Below, one piece after another: positions 14,749 through 29,366 of a stretch of DNA of 64,000 bases. Location: the NCBI RefSeq assembly GCF_009914755.1, contig NC_060932.1; one strand, written 5' to 3'. The notes beneath the pieces were generated by a model. It did not search any database. It had not been told where the DNA came from and was given only the letters and a program-made list of their open reading frames with translations. The stretch is from the human T2T-CHM13v2.0 reference genome, Homo sapiens. Positions within the stretch are counted from its first letter, which is position 1; every line of letters begins with the position of its first letter. The position numbers and the translations under genes are program-made.

Positions 14749-17006
14749 TTTTTGTTAGGATAATTTAAAGTTTAAAACTGAAGTAGACATATTCATTTTA
14801 CAAACAAGATATTCTTTAAGTAAGACCATTAAAAACAGTAAACAAAAAAGCTGTCTTTACAAAAAGCTCTGTGCATAGCAACTTTATACTGTATATAACT
14901 GACAAAGCAAAACAATAAAATGAAACTATACAGTGTGAAAATGAAACCTTACTGTACAAAAGGTAGAGAAGTTAATGGTTTTTAAACCATGCATATTGAA
15001 ATGTGCAAAGAAAAACTGAGAAGAATTACAACGCTATAACAAAAGAAAGATAAATAATGAAGTAAATTGTCCCTTTAAATGAAAAAAATCTTACACAGCT
15101 CCTCTTACAAACACAGGATAGAGTTTGTAGTTACCAATAGAAATACTTGTATTCCAAGTGGCACAAAAATAACTTGGGACTGGAATGATTGAATAGCAAT
15201 GACTAACGAGGACAGGGTAGCTTTGTTTTTAATTTATTAGTACACTAAAAATAATCCTTACACACATTTGTACAATTAAATAGCTCTGTTGCTGCCAGGG
15301 TTCTAGCTGAATGGTCAAGATGTCTGGTATTTAGTTACACGCATTTTTCGGTGTAAAGCTACCAAGAAATTCTACAATCATTTTGAAGACAGTACTGCAC
15401 TCATCTTCATGCAAAAGGAAAATTCACAGGTTCTAAAAGCAATGCTACTTAAAAAAAACAAAATTTCCTTATGTTGGATTGGCTCAAATCCAGGGCTAAA
15501 CATGCTTAATTTTGCTCTGCCTTCACTTTTGGAAGGTAACATTCATATTCCACACATTCTTCCCCTTCCATCAATCAGGTTTCTCACTGGGGGACTTTTT
15601 CTCTTATGTTTCCGTGTATTTTGGCGCTTTAAGCCCTGACTATGAGGGACTGTCAGCAGTAGTTATAAGCATGCCAGGTTTCTAAAACCTTGGATTCTCA
15701 TGTGCATAGAAATAATATAAGTCATACTGGGTAATTCCAGAATGGGTTAAAGGCAAATAAGACAGTTGGGGCTGGATAGATGTGGGCCTGCATCAATGGG
15801 TCAAAGAGAAGGTATGCAGAATTAATGAAATCATCTAAAATTGGCTCAGATGCACTCATGATGTTTTTCCATGAGTGCTGCATCTATTTCTAATGCTGAA
15901 ATCCCAACCAAGAACCCCAAACTAAGTCTGTGTATAGACTCTATTGTGGTGCTCATGAGTCAATAAGGAGAACCCCAACGTGGAAACAAGTGACATCTTT
16001 ATTGGCAATCCCAATATGCCTGGATATGTCTCTAGGATTACATAAGCTTTCAAGAATCAACCACTGTTAGCAGCTAAGGCAAGGTTCTTCCCCTCTAAGA
16101 GCTAGTCACAGAACGATGAAGAGCCCATCAAAGGGCTGGCTAACTGTGCTGCATAGAACGCAGATGCCCCTAATCTCTGGATCTCCCAAGAATCTGGTCT
16201 TGCCTTTCTTCGAACATCAGAAGAGGGGATTAGGGCTTTTAATATCCCTCTCCCACATTCCGTCTCATTCTTGACTAGAAACTGTCGAGTGGCATAGCTA
16301 TGTTTTTCAAGAGAGTTTAATGCCATAAAAGGGGAAATTGACAGGGAGAGGAAAGGACTTGGATGTTCTAAGACTGACTCTAAAGAGTCCATCAAACAGA
16401 GTTATCTTCTCCAAACCGTGTTGCTGAAGTTCTATGGGGCTGTGTACCTCTGTACTGAACCAGGCACCCAAAGCGGAGGGAGTGGTGGGGTTCTGGTGAG
16501 GAGGAATTCCCAAGGGGTCCCTTGGTTAAGAAAGTCTGTGGTTTTGGCTCTGCTAGAAGGTGAGGTGCTTCTTTCCTTGGGATGCTGAAAGCCTGAGACA
16601 GACTCAAACATGGGAATTCTCTGGACTGCTCAGGGGAGAACGTTGAAAGCTAATAATAGGAATTTTAAAAAGTATTCACAAGAGTGTGGACTATTTAGAA
16701 ATCAGACGGAGCTGGGAATGAATTGATGGGTTGGAGTATTTGTGCATGTGCTAGAGTGTCTGTTTCTGCATTAGGGTGTTCTGTGGGAATCTACATGTTC
16801 TTGCCCTTGGGTCAATAAAGTGATGGAAAAGGAGGGGGTGCAGGACAGGGGATAAGAATCTAGTAAGTAACTGCAGTAATAATCACACACCTTTAAAACT
16901 TGTTACTACATGTTTGCATCATTTTCATTTTACATCAGGAAGAGAAATCCCTCTCTCTTCCAAAAAAAGGTCTTAATTTCTACCTCTACTTACAATAAGT
17001 TACACA

Positions 17007-17016
17007 TTTATTTATT
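17007..17016 (-). terminator. Candidate proximal polyadenylation signal (overlapping AATAAATAAA)
   Basis: Two overlapping AATAAA hexamers at the end of the first U-rich UTR block, followed by U-rich sequence. Confidence 0.5.
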
Positions 17017-17608
17017 TAAATAATTGTAAAACATTTTAAAATTTTTCCCTTTTTTTGTTCATTTTTTAAAGAGATTAAGCTATAAGCAAACACACATACA
17101 ACATTTCATCATTCAATTCAGGTTGCGTTTTAAGAAAGTCTTCCATGCTGGTACCCTGTTTTGTTCAATTTTTTTCTGCATAAACTAAATTGGTATCTGA
17201 AAGGCTTCATAGAAAATAGAAACTTTCAACTTTTTTTTCCTACAAAGAAAAACAAATAGTATCCAAAATATTAAGCATTAATTGTTTGCCAATTTTTTCT
17301 TAAATATTTTACAAACATAGGAAGGTGGTTTTCATAATGTTCATAACAAAGAATTGCATTTCTGCTCTTAGCACTGACTACGTCAATGACATCTTTTGTC
17401 CTTGTCCCAAGAGGGTCAGTTTGTGTAGCCACCATCAGAGCTATAGGAGGACGTGGGACCAAGTAAGATGCTGGCTCCTTGCAGACCCAAGGGTGTCCAT
17501 CATGTTCATGTGGGGGCACCACTACACCCCCAAAAGAGCTCCTAGTGCTTTCTTCATTATTGGTCCATCAGAGTAAGTAGTTTTGTGCTATAAGAAAGCA
17601 GTTCTTCT

Positions 17609-17640
17609 TTACATCGGGGGTACAACAAGTCCGGTCATGG
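17609..17640 (-). CDS. EBF2: EBF2 last coding segment (AMTGLVVPPM*)
   Basis: TGCAG acceptor, then CC ATG ACC GGA CTT GTT GTA CCC CCG ATG TAA. Confidence 0.95.
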
Positions 17641-18244
17641 CTGCAAGGAAAGAGTGGCACAGGAATGAGACTTGGGGACTTTTTATGTTCAAGGCTATGA
17701 CACAGAATGAGGGGCAGGGGATGGGAATGATAGAGTCTGATGCTATTCAAGGAGATGGTGCCCTCAGCTGATATGAGGACCTGTTCTCCAGGTTTGGTCT
17801 AGCAGACAGCCCATTAAAGGCACTGAAGCCTTATGGAATCACTGAAGTACAAGGAAACCTTGATGAAGTTTTGCCTGGGAGGCCAGGAGTTATGTTTTGT
17901 TTTATATGGGTTGTATAAATGAGACAACAGATGTAAACATGTAAACTAAACTGTAATATATGCATATTTTTTTATTCAACTAAGATAATTTCCAGATTAT
18001 ACTGCTCCAAATCACTTAGTTGGAACAGGAAAGGAAATTCCAGGTGCTGAGCCTGTTGATTTACTAGGGCATCGTTGATAACAAATCAAGCTTTTTATCT
18101 ATCCTTCACTTCTTTGGTGAGTGCATTTTTTTTTTAATTAGCTCATCTTCCTTTGGTGCTCACTGTTCATGTCTGATGCTCATTGCAAATGAACACTGAT
18201 CACTGGAATAGAAGACTTCATTTAGTCCCTCAGTTCCCACTCTT

Positions 18245-18553
<309 letters not shown>

Positions 18554-19404
18554 TGAATGGAGTAATTTAATTCTTTCTCCCTTCATCGGGTCAAAAGGAT
18601 TCGGACAATGCCTGTCTGGGCAGAATCACTTCCCAGGGTTTCCCTAGATGTGGCAAATAAAGCAGCACCAGCACAATGTGGAAAAATCCCACAGCAAAAT
18701 GTATTCCTCCTGCCTTGGCTTTCAGAGGATAAGCCCGTGGGATTTTCACATTCTTAGAAAATGGCAGAATAGTTTCCATGCATCAGAACCTTTAAAATCA
18801 TATCTAGAATTTGATCCTTTGCATTTTACTATCTACAATGCATCTAAGGAATTATTCAATATAATAGAAGCATTTTGCTGAGTGTTGCTTACTAAGCTTC
18901 CAAGCAAATGGCTGAAATTCTCTCTGCTTTTCTCAACCCTTCCATCTCTCTCTCCTCTCTTACTCTCTCTGCCCCTTTTTTCCACATCAGCTAGTCCTCT
19001 CGGGTAAAATTGTCAGCTGTCTATTTCCCTGCCCATATAGCCTTTATTGAATGTTTGTGAGATCTGGATTAAGGTCTTACACAGCTAGCAAAGCCTTAAT
19101 TATTTTTGCCTGTATTACTATATATTGAATCAATGTAACTTTTCAATAAAGGCGGTTCAATTCTGGACACTCCCTGATGACTTAGAGATATAGCAACCCT
19201 AGTAATTATCCCAGAGTGTAGGAGGTTTTTTTATTTTATTTTTTTTTCCTGGAGGGAGCTGGAAAATGAATCAGACACATAGTGTGTAATATTATCTCGA
19301 CAATCTATACTCATCAACTGGAAGCAGCTGATAAATGAGGTAGAAGGTGGAACCATGCTGTATGTGGAGCTCTCTGGCAGTGGAATTCTGACTCACAAAC
19401 TCCT

Positions 19405-19697
19405 GGCTGGGCACGGTGGCTAACACCTGTAATCCCAGCTGTTTAGGAGGCTGAGGTGGGAGGATCGCTTGAGCCCAGGAGTTCAAGACCAGCCTGAGCA
19501 ACATGATGAAAACCCATCTCTACAAAAAATACAAAACAGCCCAGCATGGTGGTACATGCCTATAGTCTTAGCTACTCAGGAAGCTGAGGTAAGAGAATCT
19601 CTTATTGAGCCCAGGAGGTCAAGGCTGCAGTGAGCCATGATTGCACCACTATACTACAACCTGTGTGACAGAGTGAGACCCTGTCTCAAAAAGAAAA
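19405..19697 (+). mobile_element. AluJ
   Basis: AluJ diagnostics (gcttgagcccaggag, gtcaaggctgcagtgagcc). Confidence 0.93.
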
Positions 19698-20902
19698 ATC
19701 TTCAGTCCCTTCCTTTTTCTGGGTGCTCAGAGAGATACCAAAGGGGCTCATGTAACAGCAGAGGTGCTCAAAGATCAAGATCCCCTGAATGACAGAAAAG
19801 AACAGATTTGAGATATATCCCTTCCTCCTAGTCCTACATCCAGACTGGGTAGGCCTGATCTCTGCTAGGTGGAAACTGACTTTTTGCTTGTAGAAACCAT
19901 AGGCAACAGACAGAAAGAAATAATCTCCCTTTGAACCAGGTGGAAAGTAGGTATGGGGGTAGGGGGTATAGGGTAAAGAGAAGAATTTCACTCTCATTGT
20001 CCCTGAAGACACAGTGGGCTGCCAGAGCACAAGCTCTGGAATCTGCATGTCTGGGTTCAAGTCATCAGACTTTTCCTGTGTGGCCTTGGGTAAACTGCTT
20101 AACTAAGAATGGTGATAATGGCATGACTTGGAGATAATTCTCTTAAGGCACTCAGTTCGGCACCTTGCCTATAGTGCTCAGGATAGTTAGCAAGCCTCAA
20201 AGAGTGTGGGCAGCATATGCCTTTGCAGACAATGAAGTCTAGAGAAGGGCCCCTCCCCAGCCTGCGATCACCCAGGCACTCAGCCCACATTGTCACCCTC
20301 CCACTGTGTATCTCTAAAAAGATGGAGCTCCCTGTCCAGCTGGTGTCTGAGATCCCAGGATTTTTTGTTTGTTTGTTTTCTTCAGTGACTGTGCATTAAA
20401 TGTCAGCTTGGTTTCCTCTCTCTCTGTACTCAAGGGAACTTCACAATGTTGGACACTGAGCTTCCATGCACCTGGTCTAAAACGAGGAAGAGCATAAGGT
20501 AAGGTCACTGAGGGCATCCTTTGTCAACCCTCGCCTCCTCTCAGCCAGGCTGTAGGAAATAGCTGTTACCTTGCCTAGTTCTTCACACAAATTAGTCAAC
20601 AACCACCTTTGGGGATAGCTGTCGATTTTCTATTTAACAGACTAGGAAACTGAGGCTCTGAGATAATGGCATGCACAGATTGACAAGGCCTGGAAAGAGC
20701 TGAACTAGAACTCAGCACAGGACTGGTGACATCATGGCTGGCACTCTTCCAGTGGCTAATACTCTTTAAGGATTTCTCCACACGTCACTTGATATTTTCA
20801 TAGATTTTTTGCAATTTCTTTTTAGGCTACTGCCCTAAATCGACAGGTAGTTCTATTTTTTTCCTCCCCGACCTACTCCAAACATTTTATCTTTTAGAGA
20901 GA

Positions 20903-21045
20903 CTACATATGGGGTACAGTGGATACTGCTAAGGTAACTCGTGCGCCGAAATCTCAAATCACCACTAGAGAACTTATCCATGTAATCAAAAACCACCTGT
21001 ACCCCCAAAATTAATGAAATTTTCTTTTAAAAAAAAACCTATAAA
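20903..21045 (+). mobile_element. Short L1 3'-end fragment (L1PB/L1MA-like) inserted into the tail of an Alu monomer
   Basis: aaatctcaaatcaccactagagaacttatccatgtaatcaaaaaccacctgtacccc plus A-tail, flanked by ttttatcttttagaga at 20885-20900 and 21049-21064. Confidence 0.75.
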
Positions 21046-21048
21046 AAC

Positions 21049-21162
21049 TTTTATCTTTTAGAGATGAGGTCTTGCTATGTTGCACAGGCTAGGCTCAAGT
21101 GATCCTCCTGCCTCAGCCTCCCAAGTATCTGGGACTATAGGTGTGTGCCACCACGCCTGGCC
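21049..21162 (-). mobile_element. Alu monomer (FLAM or AluJ fragment)
   Basis: Single antisense Alu arm. Confidence 0.85.
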
Positions 21163-23130
21163 CCTTCTTCTTTTAAAGGTTCAAATCACCAGAGGAATGT
21201 GGAGGGAACTGAAGGATTCAAATGAGGTTTGGGACCTTACAGTGACTCTAGAAATGAAGCTAGAGCCTAGAGCCTGTGCCTACATGCAACTCACCAAGTC
21301 ATTGCTCCTATAAACCTATCAGGAATGTGCTGCTCAGCCCGAGCATCCTGAGGGGTGGTGACCAGAATTTTGTGTGGCTGGGGACCCTGGAGAGGGTCTT
21401 CTGTTTCTGCTGCAGCTGCCCTCACAGGGAACCTTACTAAGACCAAGCAAGGTTTCCTTCCAGCTCTTTGGGCTGGCTCAAACCTGACTTCAGTAACAGC
21501 ACGGGAGTCTTGGGCATGCAGCAGGAAGTGGGGTGGGGATGACAGGCCCTGGGAGTCTGTAAGAAACTTGTCCTGGCCACATTGTAGGCTCAGAGCCGGG
21601 TAAAATAGAGAAGATCTGAGACAACCAGCTCCACTTTCCCGTGAGAGAGGAGGTGGGGAAGGGGTGATCAGTGGAAGTCAAGTATCCTTTTTTCCTTTAA
21701 GTAACATATGTGCTAAGTGGCCAGGAATGAGGAAAGGGCTGCATCCATCCTGTCTGCCTCCCGTCCAATGCAGAGGAAAGCCTGCACCCCTCCTTGGTCT
21801 GTCTCAATCTGCATTTTGCCAGTAAGACTTGCTGGGCCTCCGCTCGGGTTAAGGTCGATGAATAAAACCAGAGAACTTAAAAAGAGGAAACATCAACACT
21901 GAAGAGGTCATGGGGAAGAGGAAGGAAAGTACGGTAAATATTCAGCAATCGTTTTCATTTCCCTGTCTCATGGAAAAAGCTCTGGGCACATTCCCTAAGG
22001 ATGGGATGGAAACCACTGGTCTTTGATGAAAGATGGGCAAGTGGAGACACTTAGCTACAGGCTCAGCCTATTTCTCTAGGAATTAGACATCTGGGTGAAA
22101 ATCCCTGCCAAAAAATCCATGAAGTTTCCAGATGTTTCCAACTACCCATACATTGGGTGGTATATAGACCCCGCTGCTTTCTCTAGTGAGAAGTAAAATA
22201 ATTTTCAACAATGTTTCTGAGTACTGGGTTTTCCATTCTGGTTTTGACAGTTTCTCTGTAGAGTCACTTGACTTCCAGAAGACACCATCATCTCCAGTGT
22301 TGGGATGGCTCAGGAACCTAACGTACCTCCCAGAGCTCTGCTCAGCCACAAGAGGAGACTGACCTCTCACACGTGTCCCAAAAGAATTAAGAACCCACAC
22401 TCTATCATCAAACCACCAGGCAGATGCCATCCCCAGGACAATGCAGCCCATCCAAGGTTCCCCATCAAGCACTGCTGACCTTACAGCCTTTGATCCATGA
22501 GGGTTAATGAAACCTCTTCCCTTTTTAGTTTTACCCAACCCTGCTTGTTGTAAATATTTTCTTGTCAAGAACATGAGAGGAGCAGCCTAAAAATAATGTG
22601 GGTTGCCAGTGAGCCCCAGTCCTCAGCAGTTTCCAATGTGCTCTTTTGCTGTCTTTTGCTGTCGGCTGCCCTCCATCCACAATGAGATGATTTTTCATAT
22701 ACTCATCACATTTGTGTTATGTCATGCCATATTATATTTTAGAACATTGCTCAAAAATGGGTTTGATGGATAACTTTTGTTCTTAGAAACTATGACTTTT
22801 CTATTCTCCACAACCCCCTAATCAGGCACCTGCTATCAATTTGACTTGCATGTAACCAGAATTCTCAGAACTTGTTGGTTGCTCCTGCTGGCTCCTGTCC
22901 ATGTGTGCCAAGAGGACATGATGGCAAGCGGATTAGGTAAGCAGAAAGCACCATGTGGTATCCCCTGGGGTGACTGGGCATTTTCTGAGAGATAGCAGAA
23001 TGGCCTTGTGGACAGCATAGGGCTGGGAAGTCCAGACACTCCTCAGTTGTATTAACCATGGTTAATTCCATTACCTGCAGAGTTTGCTGATGTCTGTTTT
23101 CCCTGATCTTACTTTTTAAAAAAATTTGAT

Positions 23131-23422
<292 letters not shown>

Positions 23423-23602
23423 CCATCTTGCTTTTAGATGGAGCACTTGCCTAGCTGTAGAAGCCATTCATGTCCCATGATAAGAACAGCAAAGCATCTC
23501 TTTGCAGGTAAATGGCTGGAGCTATACAATGATGTGCTGTTTGCTCTTACTTTGCCAACCCTATGGTACATTGTGTATCCCCAAAATAGAACCCTTGCTT
23601 AC

Positions 23603-23770
23603 CTCTGAATCCATTTCCATTGCCGCTGGAGCAGGCAGGTGAAGGGGAGCCTTGGGGCCTGATGACAGGGGCAAAGGCACTCTTCTGTTTGACAGCAGGA
23701 AAAACTGAAGAGGAAAATGGGAGGATGGAGGATGTGCTGGAAGACCCAACGGTGGGACTCGATGACATGA
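23603..23770 (-). CDS. EBF2: EBF2 penultimate coding exon ([56 protein letters not shown])
   Basis: CAG acceptor, donor GAG|GTAAGC, 168 nt; includes the conserved KQKSAFAPV motif. Confidence 0.96.
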
Positions 23771-25689
23771 CTGGAAAGCAAATGCACAATCCTCATTTAG
23801 AAATTAAGATCTTCCTTCAGTTCACACATTTGGCACACATTTATTGAGAAATTGTTAATTTCCATGCATTGTTCCAGATTGCAGGGATTAAAAAAAAAAA
23901 GTTGAATGTGACAACATTCCCACCATGTCCAGTGGGAGGAACAGACACATAAAACAACTAATATGGTAATGACGCTATTAGAGGAAGGTACCCAATGCCC
24001 AGGAGATGCAGACAGCAAAGGGCACTTGTGCTTGGGAGAGTCAGGAAGGCAGCTTCAGGAAGTGATGTTAGCACAGGTCTTCATTCACAAGCAGAAGCTT
24101 GGCAAGAGAGAAGACTGAGATCAAACATGCCTGAAAAATCATCAAATCTACCCAGCAATGGAAATCGCTTTCACACCCTACAAAAAAAGTCCTATTTGGG
24201 AGCTATGTGCCTCCCCCATAACTCCTAAGGCTCCAGGGGTTTGGTCTGTAGGGTTAACATCTTCTCTGAGAGTGCCATCTCTATGGGCCACTTCCTCATT
24301 AAATGTAAAAGTTTATTAACATTCAGAAAATCGTCTTCCTCTCCCGTAATTTCAAGTGCTCTTGGGAAATATAGCTGCAAGTCGGCCTCCCCTGACATAA
24401 TGTTTAGAAAAAAACACCAATATTAGTGATATTAACATTAAAATGACTTAAGGGAAGACAAAAGCCAAGCATTATAATTTCCAAGAAAAAATAAAAGCAA
24501 TTTACATAATGAAGTACCCCACCTCTTAATGTCAGATACTCCACCAAGTTATATCATGCAAGATGATAATTTTATCTTCTATGTTCAACTTAAGAAAGGA
24601 GTAAACTAGAGTACACAAGGGCAAAACTCTTAAATATAGCACCTTATAGTATAGTTTTAGGCACTTGTGTTAGCATAATTCCCAGAATTCTGAACTGTCC
24701 AAGTCACATGACTTGACAAAAGTGTTGTTGGAGCCTAATGACCAAGCCCAGCAGTGCTATTTCTTGCTTTGTATTTTCAATGGACCACCTGTCCTTCAAA
24801 GTAAATTCGAAAGTGAGGACAAGGGCGACACTTATGACTGACCAACCAAGTACAAGGTGAACTGAAGGTCAAATGTTCTGATGTCCATGGACAACTCCAC
24901 CCTCATTTCCCCTCCTTCCCTATAAAAATATATTTTGGGCCACGTCCACCCAATTGCCTGTATAAAGCACTTATATAGCATACTTCCCATATGATGTCTT
25001 TTATAGCCAAACTAAAATCCAAAGACTTCAAAAGAAGAGCTTTCTCTAAAAACATCTTATCCTTAAAGTAGTCTTGATTTAAGGAGCTATGCATCTGAGT
25101 ACATCTGTCTTTCCTCATATATGGATAAAAAGAAAAAAATTGGAAAGGAGAACAAAGTTCTGGAAGAATCTCATGTAATACTTGAATATGTAAATGAATA
25201 AAACCACTGTTGGGCTAATTCACATAATAAGGACACAGGGTTAAGCATGAGGAGTGGGTCTTATTCATGGTTCTGAGCAAAATCTCTTCTAGCCTTGGGT
25301 TTGGCATTAGTGAAATAGAAAAAATCCAAAAGCAAAAAATCCCCAACTTTTCATTTTCTCTATGGTACAGAATTAGAAGCCAAAGAAAAGCTGGGACTTA
25401 GGAGGCCCTGATTCTACCATGGTCCCCCAAATGGCGCCTTGGTTTCCCTGTCTACAACAGCAGAACCTCCTCTCAGACATCATCATTGAAGAGGTTTTTA
25501 CAATGTGAATGAGGCATTCACACACACTCCATTCCATTTATATTCAGCAAATGACTCACTAGTACAGATAATTATTTTCTAATAACAGATTTCAACGGAA
25601 AGCAGGGCCCATTAGATCAAAAATGGTTCCCTTGCAGTGGGAGAGGAAACACCTCAAGCTTTACTAAGTGACGTGAAGGAATTGTTGCA

Positions 25690-27060
25690 GAGTTGAGCAA
25701 GTACATGCCCGTTTTAAATATTTCTTACAACAATTTTGTAAAAATGCCAAAATGCATTCAACTGAATTTAAAATTCGATGCAACTATAATAAAAATGCTG
25801 AAAGGAATTTTAATTTGTGCATTTCGGCAAACACAATTACTATGTTTATCTGTTTCATAAAACAACACCGTAAGAGACAGGAAGTTTTGTTTAAAAACTT
25901 TTTTTAAGTAGTAAGAAGGCACTTATCTTCATCAGTGAAATCAGCATTGTGCTAGCACAGAAATAGGCAGACAAATCTTTAGAGCAAAATAGAGTTCAGA
26001 AACAGACCTGGGTATAGATGGGAATTAATACTTAATAAAGGTGACATTTCATATTAGTAGGAAAATAAATGCATGGAAAAATACACTAACCATTTGAAGA
26101 CTAAGTTTAGAGTACTTTCTCCTGCTAAACACCAAAATAAATCTAAGTAGATTAAAGACATTTTTAAAAGCAAAATTGTAAAAGTGCTAGTAGAGCTGTT
26201 AGGATGGTTAGAGGTTCACAAGATAGATTTGCCACATAATGAAAAACTTCTGCAACAAACACAAAAAGGCAAATGACAGATTAAGAAAAATATTTGTAAT
26301 ACTTATTTAGATATGTTCATATCCTCAATAGCTCATAAGTTAATTGGAAAAAGAAAAACGCCCCAAGAGAAAAATAAGCAAAGGACACAAAAAAAGAAAA
26401 TCAGGAATAAAAATGACCAAGAGAGATCCATATAGAAACACTCAAACTGATTCATAATAAAATGCTAATTAAAACGGTAAAAAGATCTTATTTTCCACTC
26501 ACTAAATAGAAAAAGAAAAACTTAACAGGGCGGGGAAACATATAATAATCTTTCTTTTCTAAGGGAAGAATTAACCTCTCTGGAGGGTCTTTGGCAATAT
26601 ATATAAAAGTATTTTAAAATGTGTACATCCCTTGACCCACTAATTCAATCTCTAGAAATTAATCCCAAGGAGGTAGTCACGACTGTGCCAAAAATAATAG
26701 GTTCAAGGGCATTTTTATAATAATGAAAAATTGGAAAATAACTTAAGTGTCCCACAGTAGGGTACATTATATTTAGCCTATACAATAGAAGGCTATGCCA
26801 ATATTAAAACTAACGTTGTAGAATAATCACATGGAAATATACACCTCTTCAGATGAAAAAAAACAGATTACATAACACATACTAAGCCCCCTTTAATTTT
26901 TAAAAATACAAATAGCAAAACTCTAGAAGGATGTGATATATGCCCAAAATTTTAGCAATGGTATCTCTGGCTGATGGGATTATGAATACCCTTAAATGTA
27001 TTGCTTTCACTTGTCCGTATCTTCAAAGTTTTCTACAACAAACTTGTATTACTTTTAATA
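25690..27060 (+). mobile_element. Old L1M 3' region relic
   Basis: Degenerate ORF2-end and 3'UTR motifs (agagttcagaaacagacc, ttgacccactaattcaatctctagaaatt). Boundaries are approximate. Confidence 0.65.
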
Positions 27061-29286
27061 CATGGTAGGAGAAACCAGTAAAGGCTATTACATTTTAAAA
27101 ATGGAAAATCTCGATTTCTTTGGGAAGAAATAATACAATCCTTAGCAATAGACATAATAGTGTTTAAAAATAATTTTAACTTTCCTCTTTCATTTAAGGC
27201 TGTACTACTTATAAACAAAGTTGTCTATTACTCTAATACCAACCCCCACCTCCAAAAAAAAAAAAAAAAGCAAGAGATGAATAAATCCTCACATTCCTGG
27301 GAAACACTTGGTGATTGTAGTCAACTTTTGAAAGCAAACACCACTCCTCATATCTCTGTTCCCCATTCTTATGACCTGGGTCTGCATCACTGAAGGATTT
27401 TATGCAGCCCAGCTTCATATCTGTGACTTTGGTAATTTTACTGCTTTCCTTCCACCCTCTCTTTCATTGATCTTATGGCAGAATCTCATTAGTTGTGCAT
27501 CAGAGCAGACACTGCAATTTTCAAAATGTATCTATCCATGACTGAAAGGCTATCCTTTAAAAATTAACAATGGTTACCTCTGCACAGACACAGAGTGTGC
27601 CATTTTTCTTTCCTCCTTTTTACCTATACGTGCTTTTCAAGTTGTCTGTAATGAGAATACTACTATTTTAATAGGCTTTTTTTTTCTTTTCTGAAGAAGT
27701 AGAAATATATCAGAATTCAAAGAGGTTATTCTTATGGTGGGAGTACGCTTTCTTTTAAAAATTATTTTTATACATTCTACATTTTCTGTAATAATAATTT
27801 AATATTTTACAATAGAGAATGTCTTAGTATTTATTTTTGAAACTATAAAACAATTGAACCCCAGAGCATGGTCTAAGGCTCTGAACATGATGTAGGAATC
27901 TATGAGGACAAGTTGGCTTCCTGCCTGTATGGATTCTGTCCCAAACTCTGCGTAGGCTTGGTGGCTATTCTGCTTTGGAAGAAGTGGTCCCTATGGGTGT
28001 TACAGGCTTGTTAAATAGACAATCTTTTGGGACTGCAGAGAGAACCATTTTAGGAAAGTTGATTGCATGTACTTCCAATCAAGAATTTCTCTGGACATCT
28101 ATCTCTCTATGGATAGAGGCCAAAGTAAAGAAAAGTACGTCTGGCCCAGAAATCTCTGTGAACATGGGGAGTTAAGGAAAAACCACTTTTCTTTGTAGGA
28201 GGATTGATTGGCTTGCATAGTCTCAGCTGGAACTCACCGGGCACATATCCTCCTTTGCATCAAGGCAGTGCATTTTTTGGAGCTAAGGGGTCTGTCAGCA
28301 TTTCATTATAACCCCCTATTGTCAGGGGTTTAGAATTCAGCCATAAAAACTTGCACTGAGCTGGAACTTGGCACACTGCTACTGCCAGGAAGTGAAGTTT
28401 GTATGTAAAATTGAAAAAACATCTGTTTGGCCATTTTTGAAGTAGTGCGAGAGCAAAAACAGTAAAGATGCGGGTTTCTGATACTCTACGTTGGCTGTCA
28501 TGCAAGTCAAACTTGACTAAGAAGCTTGGCTCTTTCTTACTTAGTGTCTCTGGCAAGTATTTGCTCCGTGGCATGGTCCAGCCACATCAGATGCATTTTT
28601 AAAAAAATCATAGAATTGTGTTTTCAGACACAAGCAACTGAATTGACAAAATGTTTTCCCCCGGGCTTTTCTTTTTTTGTATTTCCCAGAGAAGTAAAGA
28701 CTTGGCTGGCTAGAAATACAGGTCAGGTGCTATTGTAATGAACTCCACTGGGTATTCAGTATTTTTGGAGTAAGTGAATTTGATTGTAATGAATGCACTG
28801 TTTGGAATTTCATTCCTAGGCTGCAACTCGTTCAGACCCTCCCTCCAAAAGTGAAGGTGCAAACCACCACACCAGATTCAATAGGTACAGGGAGGAGGTT
28901 TTCTCCCGTCTCTCTTTCTGTCTCCCAGTTGGGCAGGTTGCCTTCCTCTTTTTCCTATTCTGTGTCTACCATCTCATTTTAATGGGTAATTTGAAGATTT
29001 GGGGTGTTATTAGTTTTCTTGTGGCAGTGGGTTTGGGTGATCATGAAAGAACAGTAGAAGGAAGTCGTCACTGGTGGGAGTGGGAAGGATTTCTCTCTAC
29101 CAAATGAATTATTTAGGAAGAAATATTAAGAAATTCACACCTAACTGTGCATTTTCATTCATCTTTTTTTCCTCTCCTTTCTTCTCCATCCTCTTCACTA
29201 CCACACTACATACTGTATTATAAAATTGATCATTTTTATGTACAAAAACAACTATTATGATTCAACTTCATTCATACCTACATAGA

Positions 29287-29366
29287 TTATGATTGAATGA
29301 TATGAAATTGCCACTTTTGTAGATCAAAATGGTCAAATAGAGGGAATTTCCTATGGTTTAGCCTAA
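29287..29366. mobile_element. MADE2-like mariner MITE
   Basis: 80-bp quasi-palindrome ttgaatgatatgaaattgcc...ggaatttcctatggtttagcctaa. Confidence 0.7.

Larger units (their letters stand above)
14725..17608 (-). other. EBF2: EBF2 3'UTR (~2.9 kb)
   Basis: Follows the stop codon, has no recognisable repeats, has U-rich blocks at both ends, and ends just after AATAAA at 14743-14748. Confidence 0.8.
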
